64,000 nucleotides of DNA from an uncultured Kiritimatiellota bacterium (GCA_944389585.1 CALXMW010000001.1:7748-71747), one strand, 5' to 3'; numbered from the stretch's first letter, positions 19,261 through 29,444 are shown. Numbers and translations are program-made. The notes: generated by a model not told the origin, from the sequence alone.

Positions 19261-20702
19261 GCCTCGAAGCCTTCGGGGCGGCGCTTCTGGATGATTTTGG
19301 CGGCGTCCTCGGCGGGGGAGATGGCGCAGGGGCCGCCGACGCAGCCGCCGGGGCAGACCATGACCTCGATGAGCTCGGCGGGGGCCTTTTTGGTCTTGGC
19401 GAAGACGCGCAGGAGGGCGACGTTCTTCTTGTTGAGGCCGTTGATCTTGAAGACGGTCGGCTTGGGCGTGCCCTCGGGCAGGTAGTGGGCCACGGCGTTG
19501 GCGACGCCGCCGCTGATGGCGAACTCGGCGCCGTAGTGCGTGCCGGAGACCTCAGGCTCGATGGGCTCAAGCTCGTCGAGCTGGATGTTGTCGGCCATGA
19601 GCCAAGCGCCGATTTCCTCGGCGGTGATGACGTAGTCCGGGCCGCCGTGCTTGTGGGCCTCGGTGCGCTTGGCCATGCAGGGGCCGATGAAGACGGTGAC
19701 GCAGCCGGGGTGATCCTTCTTGGCGCGCATCTCGGCGAAGCCCATCGGCGTGGGCGTGTCGGAGACGTAGGGCTTCATCTCGGGCAGATGGCGCTCCACG
19801 CACTCGATCCACGCCGGGCAGCAGCTGGTGGTCATGAAGGGCGCGCCCTGGGCCTTGCGCTCGGCCCACTCGGCGGCCTCGTGCGCGGCCGTGTCGTCGC
19901 CGCCGCGGGCGACCTCGTAGACGTGGGCGAAGCCCATCTTCTTGAGCGCGGCGTAGAGCTTGCCGGGCTCGGTGGGGAAGAAGCCGTTGATGGCGGGGGC
20001 GACGAGGGCGACGACCTCTTTGCCCTTGGCGATGGCGCGCACCACGTGGGCCACCTGGTTGCTCTGCATGATGGCCGCGAAGGGGCAGGCCTTGATGCAC
20101 TTGCCGCAGCGGATGCACTTCTCGTGGTCGACGGTGACGCGCCCGTCCTCGGTCTTGCCGATGGCGCCCACCGGGCAAGCGTCGGCGCAGGCCAGCGGCA
20201 CCTGGATGATGGCGTGGTAACGGCACACCTCCGCGCACTTGCCGCAGTTCACGCACAGGTCATGCGCGATCATCGCGCGGCCGTTGCGCACCTGGATGGC
20301 ATGGCGCGGGCAGATGTTCGTGCATGGGCGCGCCAGACACCCGCGGCACATGTTCGTCACCATGATCTGCGACTCCATGCACGCCGAGCACGCATCCGGG
20401 AAGATGGTAAGGAAGGGGTCGGAGGCCGGCGGGTTCGTCTCGATGTCCTCCGCGTAGCTCTTCAACGTCTTGAGCTCGTCGGTCTCGTCCTCCACGCGGA
20501 AGCCGAGGGCCGACATGCACCGATACCGCAACGCCGCGCGATCCTTGTAAATGCAGCACCGCGAGAAGGGCTGCCCCTTCGGGCGGATCTTGATCGGGAT
20601 CCGGTCGATGTCCTCGTACTTGTTTTCCTTGACCGCCTTGATGACATACGCCAGCACCTCGCGGCGCAGACGGTCGGCCTCGCTGATCATCGGGATAGCC
20701 AT
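19257..20702 (-). CDS. [FeFe]-hydrogenase-like protein (H-cluster domain plus three ferredoxin-type 4Fe-4S motifs)
   Basis: 481 aa; H-cluster motifs L1 TSCCPAW, L2 PCMAKRTE, L3 EVMVCPGGCVGG; CxxCxxCxxxCP ferredoxin motifs; RBS aaggagg. Confidence 0.75.
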   Translation of the reverse strand: MAIPMISEADRLRREVLAYVIKAVKENKYEDIDRIPIKIRPKGQPFSRCCIYKDRAALRYRCMSALGFRVEDETDELKTLKSYAEDIETNPPASDPFLTIFPDACSACMESQIMVTNMCRGCLARPCTNICPRHAIQVRNGRAMIAHDLCVNCGKCAEVCRYHAIIQVPLACADACPVGAIGKTEDGRVTVDHEKCIRCGKCIKACPFAAIMQSNQVAHVVRAIAKGKEVVALVAPAINGFFPTEPGKLYAALKKMGFAHVYEVARGGDDTAAHEAAEWAERKAQGAPFMTTSCCPAWIECVERHLPEMKPYVSDTPTPMGFAEMRAKKDHPGCVTVFIGPCMAKRTEAHKHGGPDYVITAEEIGAWLMADNIQLDELEPIEPEVSGTHYGAEFAISGGVANAVAHYLPEGTPKPTVFKINGLNKKNVALLRVFAKTKKAPAELIEVMVCPGGCVGGPCAISPAEDAAKIIQKRRPEGFEA

Positions 20703-20714
20703 CGCACGCCCTCC

Positions 20715-20975
20715 TTACTCGCCCAACGCCGCGCGGATGGCCGTGAGCACCTTGCCCTCGTCCGCCTGCGCGATCAACTCCCCATTCACCCGCACGAACG
20801 GCGCGCGCCCCAGCCGGTCACCCTGCTGGCACGCCCCGCTGCAGCGCATCCCCTTGACGGCGACGCGCCCCTTCCACTCCTCCGGCAGACGGTCGGCCAA
20901 GCCCGCAAGCTGGGCCCCGCCCATCACATAGCACGTTGTGCCCATGCAGATTTCCACGGTGATGCGATCGGCCAT
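20715..20975 (-). CDS. thioredoxin-like [2Fe-2S] ferredoxin (NuoE/HydC-like)
   Basis: 86 aa from internal ATG (MADRITVEICMGTTCYVMG...CSGACQQG); 12 nt upstream of the hydrogenase-like gene. Confidence 0.7.
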   Translation of the reverse strand: MADRITVEICMGTTCYVMGGAQLAGLADRLPEEWKGRVAVKGMRCSGACQQGDRLGRAPFVRVNGELIAQADEGKVLTAIRAALGE

Positions 20976-21022
20976 GTTGCTCTCTCCGCAAACGCTGTTC
21001 CTGATACGGCGAAAAACCGCCC

Positions 21023-21039
21023 CTAGTATACCCAATCCC
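21023..21039 (-). promoter_or_regulatory. candidate promoter of the ferredoxin/hydrogenase operon (minus strand GGGATTGGGTATACTAG)
   Basis: Recurring motif about 50 nt upstream of ferredoxin ATG 20975. Confidence 0.4.
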
Positions 21040-21074
21040 GCCCGGAACCGCAAACCGCGCCCGGGCGCCCGGCT

Positions 21075-21926
21075 TCAGGCGAGGCGGCGGCGGAGGGCGT
21101 CGAGAAGCTCCTCGGGGGTGGAGGCGCCGGAGGTGAGGCCAAGGGTACGCACGCCGGAAAGGTCGAGGGCGTCGAGCTCGTCGGGGCCGGCAAGGAGGGT
21201 GGCGGGGCAGCCGGCGGTTTGGGCGACCTCGGCAAGGCGCTTGGAGTTGGAGGAGTTGCGCGAGCCGAGGACAAGGATGTGGTCGGCCTCGCGGGCGAGG
21301 GCGCGGACGGCGTCTTGGCGCTCCTGGGTGGCGGTGCAGATGTCGCGGCGGTCGGGGAAACGGGGCGCAAGGCCCAGGGCGCGGAGGTCGGCGACGCGCG
21401 CCTCGACCATGTCTTGCGAGACGGTGGTTTGGCTGAGGACGGCCACTTCGCGCGCGTCGGGGAAGTCGGCGCGGAGGGCCTCGGCGTCGGCGCGGGTCTC
21501 GACGACGCGGATGCGCTCGGGGGCCTCGCCCAGGACGCCGACGACCTCGTCGTGGCCCTTGTGCCCGACGAGGGCGATGGGAAGGGCCTGGGCGGCATAG
21601 GCGCGGGCCTCGGCGTGGACTTTGCCGACGAAGGGGCAGGTGGCATCGACGACCTCAAGCCCGCGGGCCTCTGCCTGGGCGCGGATGGCGGGGGAGACGC
21701 CGTGCGCCGAGAAGAGGACGCGGGCGCCGCGCGGCACCTGGGCCAGGTCGTCCACGAAGCGGGCGCCGCGGGCGCGCAGCCCGGCGACGACGTGTTCGTT
21801 GTGGACGAGCTCGTGGAAGCACCAGAGCGTCTCGCCGGGGCGCTCGGCGAGCGCGCCCAGCGCGATCCGCAGCGCCCGCGCCACGCCGCTGCACATGCCA
21901 TGAGGCTGAGCCACCAAGACGCGCAT
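21075..21926 (-). CDS. ispH: 4-hydroxy-3-methylbut-2-enyl diphosphate reductase
   Basis: 283 aa from MRVLVAQPHGMCSGV; LytB fold; the MCYHG extension in the ORF track lies inside the promoter motif. Confidence 0.9.
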   Translation of the reverse strand: MRVLVAQPHGMCSGVARALRIALGALAERPGETLWCFHELVHNEHVVAGLRARGARFVDDLAQVPRGARVLFSAHGVSPAIRAQAEARGLEVVDATCPFVGKVHAEARAYAAQALPIALVGHKGHDEVVGVLGEAPERIRVVETRADAEALRADFPDAREVAVLSQTTVSQDMVEARVADLRALGLAPRFPDRRDICTATQERQDAVRALAREADHILVLGSRNSSNSKRLAEVAQTAGCPATLLAGPDELDALDLSGVRTLGLTSGASTPEELLDALRRRLA

Positions 21927-21963
21927 TCCGTCCCCTTTCCGTTCCTGTTTGCCTAAGGGCTTC

Positions 21964-21980
21964 CCATGATAGCACATTCC
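21964..21980 (-). promoter_or_regulatory. candidate promoter of ispH (minus strand GGAATGTGCTATCATGG)
   Basis: Recurring motif about 40 nt upstream of ispH ATG 21926; divergent from the hrpB promoter. Confidence 0.45.
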
Positions 21981-22007
21981 CCGGGCGGCGGGTTTCCGGG
22001 AAGGGGC

Positions 22008-22023
22008 GGGATGTGCTATCTTG
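22008..22023 (+). promoter_or_regulatory. candidate promoter of hrpB (GGGATGTGCTATCTTG)
   Basis: The -10 TATCTT ends 8 nt before ATG 22031, so hrpB looks leaderless. Confidence 0.45.
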
Positions 22024-22030
22024 TGGGGCC

Positions 22031-24403
22031 ATGGGATTGGACTTGACGGAACTGAAGGCGGCGTTGGCGGCGAACGAGCCGGTGGCGCTTTCCGCGGCGC
22101 CGGGCACGGGCAAGACGACGCGCGTGCCGCCGGCGCTGCTGGGCGAGCCGTGGCTGGCGGGGCGGAAAATCGTCGTCTTGGAGCCCAGGCGCCTGGCGGC
22201 GCGGCGGGCGGCGACCTTCATCGCGGAGACGCTGGGGGAGCGCCCGGGCGAGACGGTGGGCTGGCAGGTGCGCCTGGAGCGGTGCGTGGGGCCGCGGACG
22301 CGGATCGAGTTCCTGACCGAGGGGCTGTTGGCGCGCCGGATCTTGGCCGACCCGGAGCTGGCGGACACGGGGCTGATCGTCTTCGACGAGTTCCATGAGC
22401 GGGCGTTGGCGCTGGACGTCTCCTTCGCCTTGGCGCGGGAGGTGCGCGAGGCCTTGCGGCCCGACCTGCGCCTGCTCGTGATGTCCGCCACGCTCGGGGA
22501 GACGCCGTTGCCGAACGCGCGGCGCATCGACCTGCCCTCGGTGGCACACCCGGTGGAGACGCGCCACCTGCCGGGGGCGGATCCGGTGGCGGCCACCCTG
22601 CGGGCCTTGCGTGAGGAGACGGGCTCGGTGCTCGTCTTCCTGCCCGGCGAAGGGGAAATCCGCGCCGCGGCCGAGGCGTTGCGCGGGGCGGGCCTGCCGC
22701 CGGACGTGCGCGTGGCGCCGCTCTACGCCGCGCTCGACCGCCGCGAGCAGGATTTCGCCGTCGCCCCGCCGGCGCCCGGCACGCGCAAGGTGGTGCTGGC
22801 CACCTCCATCGCCGAAAGCTCGCTCACCATCGAGGGCGTGCGCGTGGTGGTCGATTCCGGGCTGGCGCGGGTGCCGCGCTTCCTGCCGCGCAACGGCCTC
22901 ACGCGCCTGGTGACCGTGCGTGTGCCGTTGGATCGCGCCGACCAACGCCGCGGCCGCGCGGGGCGCCTGGGGCCGGGCGTCTGCTACCGTCTGTGGGACG
23001 CGCGGGAGGAACGCACCCTGCCCAAGGCCTCGCAGCCCGAGATTCTCGACGCCGACCTCACCCAGACGGCCCTCCTCTGCGCCGAATGGGGCTCGGCCGA
23101 CCTGCCGTGGGCGACCCCGCCGCCGCCCGCGGCCTGGGCCCGCGCCTGGCAGAACCTGCGCGAGCTGGGGGCGGTCGACGCCCAACGGCGCATCACCGAG
23201 CTGGGCCGCGCCATGGCCCGCTTCCCCGTCCACCCCGCGCTCGCGGGGATGATGCTCCGGATGCGGTCGGTCGACCGCGCGGGGGGCGCCCTGCTCGCGG
23301 CGGTCTGCGCCGAGGGCGAGAAGCTCCCGCGCCTCCGCGCGCTCCACGATTTCCGCCGCGTCCTCGAGACCGTCCTGCGCGAACGCCCGCGCGAGCTGTG
23401 GCGCCTGGCGGAGCGCTGGGCCGGCGGCGACCCCACCCCGCGCCTGTCGCCGGACGATTTGGCGCCCTATCTGCTCTGGGCCTTCCCCGGCCACCTGGCC
23501 CGACGACGCGGCGGGACGGGGCGTTATCTGCTGGCCGCGGGCTTCGGCGCGGCGCTCCCGCCCGATTCGCCGCTCCTCAACGCCGACTGGCTCCTGGCCG
23601 CGCGCATGAGCGATGCCGACGCCGAGGCGCGCCTGCTGTGGGCCGCGCCGCTGACGGAGGCCGACGTGGCGTTGTTGCCGCGGACGACCGAGACCCGCGT
23701 GGAGTGGGACAAGTCCGCCGGGCGCATCGTCGCCGCCGAGGAGGAGCGCATCGGCGCCATCGTCCTCAAATCGCGACCGCTCCGCGAGATACCGCCCGAG
23801 GCCCGCGCCGAGGCCGAGCGTTGCCGCCTGCGCCACCAGGGCCTACCGTGGGACAAGGCCGCGACCGCGCTGGCCCAGCGGCTGGCCTTCCTGAGCAAAG
23901 CGTTGCCCGAGGAGCATTGGCCCGCGCCAGATGAAGAGGCGCTCATCGAGCGCCTGGCCCAGGCGCCCGGGCTCTCGGTGCTCGACGCCCTGCGCGCGGC
24001 CCTCGCCGAGAGCGGGCACACCCTGCGCGAGCTCGAGGCCGAGGCCCCCACGCGCTTCGCCGTGCCCAGCGGCTCGGAGATGCAGGTGCGGTATGACGGC
24101 GAGCAACCCTACGTCGCCGTCCGCATCCAAGAGGTTTTCGGGCTGAAGGCCACGCCGCGCCTGGCCAAGGGGCGCGTGCCCCTGTTGCTCCACCTGCTCT
24201 CGCCGGCCCAGCGGCCCGTGCAGGTGACGGCGGATTTGGCCAGCTTCTGGGCCGACGGCTATGCCCTGGTGCGCAAAGACCTCCGCGGCCGCTACCCCAA
24301 GCATTACTGGCCTGAAGACCCCACGCAGGCCGTGGCCTCGCGCCGCATCATCCGCCCCGACCTCAGGCCCAAGGCTACCAAGCCGTCCTCGGCGGGGCGA
24401 TGA
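22031..24403 (+). CDS. hrpB: ATP-dependent RNA helicase HrpB (DEAH-box)
   Basis: 790 aa; Walker A APGTGKTT, DEFH box, HA2 and HrpB C-terminal regions. Confidence 0.9.
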   Translation: MGLDLTELKAALAANEPVALSAAPGTGKTTRVPPALLGEPWLAGRKIVVLEPRRLAARRAATFIAETLGERPGETVGWQVRLERCVGPRTRIEFLTEGLLARRILADPELADTGLIVFDEFHERALALDVSFALAREVREALRPDLRLLVMSATLGETPLPNARRIDLPSVAHPVETRHLPGADPVAATLRALREETGSVLVFLPGEGEIRAAAEALRGAGLPPDVRVAPLYAALDRREQDFAVAPPAPGTRKVVLATSIAESSLTIEGVRVVVDSGLARVPRFLPRNGLTRLVTVRVPLDRADQRRGRAGRLGPGVCYRLWDAREERTLPKASQPEILDADLTQTALLCAEWGSADLPWATPPPPAAWARAWQNLRELGAVDAQRRITELGRAMARFPVHPALAGMMLRMRSVDRAGGALLAAVCAEGEKLPRLRALHDFRRVLETVLRERPRELWRLAERWAGGDPTPRLSPDDLAPYLLWAFPGHLARRRGGTGRYLLAAGFGAALPPDSPLLNADWLLAARMSDADAEARLLWAAPLTEADVALLPRTTETRVEWDKSAGRIVAAEEERIGAIVLKSRPLREIPPEARAEAERCRLRHQGLPWDKAATALAQRLAFLSKALPEEHWPAPDEEALIERLAQAPGLSVLDALRAALAESGHTLRELEAEAPTRFAVPSGSEMQVRYDGEQPYVAVRIQEVFGLKATPRLAKGRVPLLLHLLSPAQRPVQVTADLASFWADGYALVRKDLRGRYPKHYWPEDPTQAVASRRIIRPDLRPKATKPSSAGR

Positions 24404-25943
24404 GCGTGTAGGGGAGGCCGTCGGCGGCGCGGATGACGACACGGTCGGCCGGAAGGCCAAGATAGCGATCCTCCTCCGGGAACATCAACCGGAAACGCCC
24501 CGGCACAAACCGCCGCCAGCCGGTCGGCGCGGCCAAGAGCGTGGCGGCATACTCGCGCAACACGGCCTCTTGGGCAGACGTGAGCGGGCCCTGCCCACGC
24601 ATCACGACCAATTTCGGCGTGCGCGAAGCCACGAAAAGTCCGCTCGCGCCAAGTTCGCGGGCCTCGGCGAAAAAGGCCGGGGGGTCGCGGTAGAGCGTCT
24701 CGTAAAGCCACGGGGTCAGGACAATCAGGCCCTCCCGGCGCCCGGCGTCCAACTGGAAGAAGACGCGGTGAAAACGGCTGAAGATGCCGCGGTTGGTGAT
24801 GTAGTGGAACGGCCCGGAGGGCAGGGCGTCGTAGTAGGTGACGCCCTGCGGATCGGCGCGATAGAGGCGAAGCATTCGGGCGACGTTGTGCGCGAAGACG
24901 GCCTGCCAACCCGCCGCGACGACCATCACGGCCAGCACCGCCACGACGAACCAGCGCCGCACCCGCGCCCCCACCCACGAGAAAACGGTGCGCTCGCGCA
25001 AGAGCAAGACCAGCGCCGCGAGCAGACACGGCCCCAACAGGCGTTCCATCCCATTGAAGCAAATCAGGCAGAACAGAACGCAGGAAGCACCTAGGTAGCA
25101 CCACCACTCCGGCGCCCGAAGCACAAGGGCTCCGAGCGCACGCCGATTGCGCCACGCCACCCACAGCAACCCGGCGGCCAACACCACCGGCCAAACCAGC
25201 AAGACGACGCTGACGGCCGTCCGCGCGAACTCCGCAAGAAGCCCCGCCGCGCCCAACCCCAAGGTCTCCCCCGCCCGAGACTGGGCGGCCGGGCCCAGGC
25301 AAAGGAAGCAGGCCCCGGCGACCATGGCCACCCAAGCGGCCACCTGCGGTGCGTCCGCGGCGAAACGACGCCCCGCGAGGCTCCGCAGGAAGACGCCCCC
25401 TGCCAAGGCCGCGATTGCCGGCAGGACGTAAACCTCCTGGCTCCACCCATAAAGAAAGAAGAGCGGGAACATCCACCACCGGGCCCGCCGCCAAGCCGCC
25501 ATCGCCACGAGCGTCGCCGTCGCCACCCACAGGTAGTTCACGGCGAAGGCCGCGTTGACACAGCACGACTGCGCATACCAGAAGAACCACCAGACCACCG
25601 CGCCGCCCAGCAACAGCCCCCACCCGTCGCGGCGCACCCTCCCCTCGCGCAACACCAGCCACACGAAGAGAAACCAGACGGCCGTGTTGCACACGTCGAA
25701 GAGGGCGTAGAGCCGGAACCCGGCGAAACAAGCCACCACGCCATGCACGAAAACCCGACAGTTGGTGGTTCGGTAATCATCGAGTTGCTGGCGCACGACG
25801 TCGCCGAGCGACTCGATGCGCGCCCCGTCATGAAAGGCGTAGCCCAGACCGTCATGGGCCGGCAGGCAGAAAAGGTTGAGCGCGAGGACGCAGAGCGCCA
25901 TCAGCGCCAACGCGGCCCAACACCGCCACCGACCCGCATTCAT
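24375..25943 (-). CDS. hypothetical polytopic membrane protein (~12 TM; possible ArnT/PMT-like glycosyltransferase fold)
   Basis: 522 aa from ATG 25943; Trp/Phe-rich TM helices; soluble C-terminal ~150 aa; 3' end overlaps convergent hrpB by 29 nt. Confidence 0.55.
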   Translation of the reverse strand: MNAGRWRCWAALALMALCVLALNLFCLPAHDGLGYAFHDGARIESLGDVVRQQLDDYRTTNCRVFVHGVVACFAGFRLYALFDVCNTAVWFLFVWLVLREGRVRRDGWGLLLGGAVVWWFFWYAQSCCVNAAFAVNYLWVATATLVAMAAWRRARWWMFPLFFLYGWSQEVYVLPAIAALAGGVFLRSLAGRRFAADAPQVAAWVAMVAGACFLCLGPAAQSRAGETLGLGAAGLLAEFARTAVSVVLLVWPVVLAAGLLWVAWRNRRALGALVLRAPEWWCYLGASCVLFCLICFNGMERLLGPCLLAALVLLLRERTVFSWVGARVRRWFVVAVLAVMVVAAGWQAVFAHNVARMLRLYRADPQGVTYYDALPSGPFHYITNRGIFSRFHRVFFQLDAGRREGLIVLTPWLYETLYRDPPAFFAEARELGASGLFVASRTPKLVVMRGQGPLTSAQEAVLREYAATLLAAPTGWRRFVPGRFRLMFPEEDRYLGLPADRVVIRAADGLPYTLIAPPRTAW

Positions 25944-26707
25944 CGCCTGAGTGCCTCCGTGGCGATGGCGCAGGCGCGCTCGACGGCGGCGGCGTGGGCG
26001 GGGATGAGGGTGAGGAGGTAGCGGCGGCGGATCTCGACCTCGCCGCGTTCGAGGGCCAGGCGGCGGGAGGCACGGTAGTGGAGGCCGCCGTTGCACCAGG
26101 CCAGCTGGATGAAGACGAAGTCGGCGAAGCTGGCGATGTCGGCGTAGTCGACGCTGTCGCCACGCTCGAGGGCGGCGAGGACTTTGGGGGAGGGCGGGCC
26201 GTCGAGGGGGAGGCCCCAGTAGACGTCGGGGTGGGAGGGAAGGTAGTCGGTCTCGATGGCGTGGTCGAGAACGGTGTAGATATCGAGCTTGTCGGCGTCG
26301 CGGACGAGGTGGGCGAGGGCGAGCTCGTCCGGGGGAAGGCATGGGGGAAGGTCGCGGAGGTTGTGGCACTCGATGGCGCGGAGGATGGCGTTGCGGGTGG
26401 GGGCGTCGGCGTCGTCGAGCCAGCCGAGGCGGAGGAGTTCGGCGCAGCTGAGGAGGGCGTGGTTGACGCTGACGCGATCGCTGAAGGTGCGGTATTGGGT
26501 GTATTGGCGGAAGCGGCCGAGGTCGTGGAGCCAGGCGGCGGCCTCGCCGAGGGGACGGAGGCGCGGGGGGAAGGCCTCGCCGTCCATGATGGCGCGGGCG
26601 TTGGCGGCGACGCGGCGGGTGTGGTCGCGCTTGAGGCGGTTCATGTCCTCGGCGGGGAAGCCGTCGGCGTAGGCCTCGAAGGCGGCGGGGATATCGTGGA
26701 GCTGCAT
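25940..26707 (-). CDS. HD-domain phosphohydrolase family protein
   Basis: 255 aa; HD motif (...WLHDLGR...DADKLD); 4-nt overlap with the downstream membrane protein gene. Confidence 0.7.
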   Translation of the reverse strand: MQLHDIPAAFEAYADGFPAEDMNRLKRDHTRRVAANARAIMDGEAFPPRLRPLGEAAAWLHDLGRFRQYTQYRTFSDRVSVNHALLSCAELLRLGWLDDADAPTRNAILRAIECHNLRDLPPCLPPDELALAHLVRDADKLDIYTVLDHAIETDYLPSHPDVYWGLPLDGPPSPKVLAALERGDSVDYADIASFADFVFIQLAWCNGGLHYRASRRLALERGEVEIRRRYLLTLIPAHAAAVERACAIATEALRR

Positions 26708-26717
26708 GGCGGAGCTT

Positions 26718-29444
26718 TCAGTGGGCGGAGAGCCAGTCGGGGCCGGCGCCGAGGGAGACGGAGAGGGGGACGGGGAGGGCGACGACGCCTTCCATGGCGG
26801 CCTGGACGAGGGGTTTGACGACCTCGAGCTCGTCGTCGGGGACGTCGAAGAGAAGTTCGTCGTGGATTTGGAGGGTCATCTGGGCGCGGAGTCCGCGGGC
26901 GCGGAGCTCGCGGTCGATGCGGACCATGGCGAACTTGATGATGTCGGCGGCGGAGCCTTGGATGGGCATGTTGATGGCGACGCGCTCGGCGGCGTTGCGG
27001 GTGGTGGCGTTGCGGGAGTTGATCTCGGGGACGGCGCGGCGGCGGCCGAAGAGGGTTTGGGCGTAGCCGCGGGCGCGGGCCTCGGCGACGGAGCGCTCCA
27101 TGTAGGCGCGGACGGCGGGGTATTGGGCGAAGTAGGCGTCGATGAGGGCCTGGGCCTCCTTGCGCGGGACGCGGAGGCGCGAGGCGAGGCCAAAGGCGGA
27201 GATGCCGTAGATGATGCCGAAGTTGACCATCTTGCAGCGGCCGCGTTGGGCGGGGGTGACCTCGGCGAGGGGGACGCCGTAGACGACGGAGGCCGTCTGC
27301 GCGTGGATGTCCTCGCCGGCGCGGAAGGCGGCGATCATGCGCGCGTCGCCGCTCATGGCGGCCATGAGGCGGAGCTCCACCTGGGAGTAGTCGGCGGAGA
27401 GGAGCGTCCAGCCGGGGCCGCGGGCGACGAAGGCGGCGCGGATGCGCTGGCCGCGGTCGGAGCGCACGGGGATGTTCTGGAGGTTGGGGTCAGAGGAGGA
27501 GAGGCGCCCGGTGTCGGTGAAGGTCTGGTTGAAGGTGGTGTGGATGCGGCCGTCGTCGGCGTCGATGTGCTCGGGCAGACGGTCGACGTAGGTGTTCTTG
27601 AGCTTGACGCAGGCACGCCAGTCAAGGATGAGGTCGACGACGGGGTGGCGCTCGCGGAGTTTGAGGAGGAGTTCCTCGTTGGTGGGGAACTGTCCGCGGG
27701 CGGTGCGCTTGACGCCGGGGTCGAGGTTCAGCCGGCCGAAGAGGAACTCGCCGACCTGCTTGGGCGAGGCGAGGTTGACGCCCGCGCCGGTGTACTCGCG
27801 GATGGCCAGCTCGAGCTTGACGACCTCGCCCTCCAGCTCGTGGCGGAAGCGGCGCAGGGCCGGCACGTCGAGCCGCACGCCCACCCGCTCCATGCGCAGA
27901 AGCACGCCCGCGAGCGGCTCCTCACAGTCGGCCAACAGGTGCGCCAGGCCCATCTCCTCGACCTTCGGCATGAGGGCCTGATGGAGGCGGAAGGCCACGT
28001 CCGCGTCCTCGGCGGCATAGTCGAGGATCTCCTCGGGCGCGAGGTCGGCCATCGTGCGGCCCTTCTCCTTGCCGAGCAGGTCGGCGATCGGGATGGGCGC
28101 GTAGCCAAGGAAGACGTTGGCCACGTGATCCAGGTCATGGCGGTCGGTCGCGTCGATGAGATAATGCTCCAAAAGCGTGTCGTGGAGCGGCCCGCGCAGC
28201 TCGATGCCCAGGCGGGCGAGGACGGCGCGGTCGAAGCGCAGGTGGTGGCCCAACTTGGCGATGGACTCGTCGTGGAAGACCGGCAGGAAGGGCGCGAGCG
28301 CGGCGAGCTGCCCCGCGTCGTCCTCCGGCAACGGCACATACCACGCGCGGCCGCCGGCGACGGCGAAGGAGCACCCCACGGCGCGGTCATGGCGCGGCCG
28401 CAGGCCGACGGTCTCCGTGTCGAAGGCGATGAGCGGGGCCTTGCGGAGCTCGGCGGCGAGCGCCTCGCGCGCCTCCGCCGTCGCCGCCAGGCGATACTCA
28501 TGCGGCACGTCCGCCAAACGCTTCAGCGCCGGCGCCGGCACGGCCGCGCCCTCGGCGAAGGCAAGCTGCGTCTGCTCTGGCGCGGCGGGAATGCCCAGGC
28601 GGGCCGCCACCTGGCGGAGCTCATACTTCGCCAGCACCGGCGCGAGCGCGGCAAGGTCGGGCGGGCCCAGGCGCAACGCCTCGAGCGTCTCGGCGACGGG
28701 CGCGTCGCGCACGATGGTGACAAGCCGCTTGCTCAGGCGCGCGTCGTCGAGATGGGCGCGGATGGCCTCGCCGGCCTTGCCGGGGATCTCGCCGGCGCGC
28801 TCAAGGAGGCCCTCGAGCGTGCCGAACTCGCGCAGGAGCTTGACGGCCGTCTTGGGGCCGACGCCCGGCACGCCGGGGATGTTGTCGCTGGCGTCGCCCG
28901 CGAGGGCCAGGTAATCGATCATCCGCGCGGGCTCGGCCAGGCCCCACTGCGCGCAGATGTCCTCGGCCGACAGGGGGGCCTCGTCGCCGGGGTGGAGGAT
29001 GGAGACCGAGGGCCCGGCCAGCTGGCCCAGATCCTTGTCCGGCGTGGCGATGACGACCTTCAACCCCTGCGCCACGCCGCGCTCGGCCAACGTCCCAAGC
29101 ACGTCGTCGGCCTCGAAGCCCTCGGCGCGGACGGTTCGGATGCCCCAGGCCCGGGCCAACTCCTCGGCCTGGCCGATGGACGCGGCGATGTCCTCGGGCA
29201 TCTTCTCGCGCTGGGCCTTGTAAGGCGGATAAAGCGTGTGGCGGAAGGTGGGGCCCTCGCTCTCAAGCGCGATGGCCAGGTGCGTGGGCCGATGGACGCG
29301 CAAAATCTGCTCGAGCGTCGCGGCAAAGAGCGAGACGGACGAGGTGACGATGCCCGAGGCCGTCCGCCGCGGCCGTTTCAGGAAAACGAAGTGCCCCCGG
29401 TAAAGAATCGGCATCAAGTCGACCAGGAAGAGCGTCTCGCCCAT
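26718..29444 (-). CDS. polA: DNA polymerase I
   Basis: ~908 aa from MGETLFLVD; 5'-3' exonuclease, 3'-5' exonuclease-like and polymerase domains (motif A DYSQIELR, motif B, QIHDEL). Confidence 0.95.
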   Translation of the reverse strand: MGETLFLVDLMPILYRGHFVFLKRPRRTASGIVTSSVSLFAATLEQILRVHRPTHLAIALESEGPTFRHTLYPPYKAQREKMPEDIAASIGQAEELARAWGIRTVRAEGFEADDVLGTLAERGVAQGLKVVIATPDKDLGQLAGPSVSILHPGDEAPLSAEDICAQWGLAEPARMIDYLALAGDASDNIPGVPGVGPKTAVKLLREFGTLEGLLERAGEIPGKAGEAIRAHLDDARLSKRLVTIVRDAPVAETLEALRLGPPDLAALAPVLAKYELRQVAARLGIPAAPEQTQLAFAEGAAVPAPALKRLADVPHEYRLAATAEAREALAAELRKAPLIAFDTETVGLRPRHDRAVGCSFAVAGGRAWYVPLPEDDAGQLAALAPFLPVFHDESIAKLGHHLRFDRAVLARLGIELRGPLHDTLLEHYLIDATDRHDLDHVANVFLGYAPIPIADLLGKEKGRTMADLAPEEILDYAAEDADVAFRLHQALMPKVEEMGLAHLLADCEEPLAGVLLRMERVGVRLDVPALRRFRHELEGEVVKLELAIREYTGAGVNLASPKQVGEFLFGRLNLDPGVKRTARGQFPTNEELLLKLRERHPVVDLILDWRACVKLKNTYVDRLPEHIDADDGRIHTTFNQTFTDTGRLSSSDPNLQNIPVRSDRGQRIRAAFVARGPGWTLLSADYSQVELRLMAAMSGDARMIAAFRAGEDIHAQTASVVYGVPLAEVTPAQRGRCKMVNFGIIYGISAFGLASRLRVPRKEAQALIDAYFAQYPAVRAYMERSVAEARARGYAQTLFGRRRAVPEINSRNATTRNAAERVAINMPIQGSAADIIKFAMVRIDRELRARGLRAQMTLQIHDELLFDVPDDELEVVKPLVQAAMEGVVALPVPLSVSLGAGPDWLSAH

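Noticed and set aside
21927-21977. N-terminal extension of ispH (MCYHGKPLGKQERKGDG...) from ATG 21977
   Set aside because: The ATG lies inside the recurring promoter motif GGAATGTGCTATCATGG. The true start is MRVLVAQPHGMCSGV at 21926, which matches IspH N-termini.
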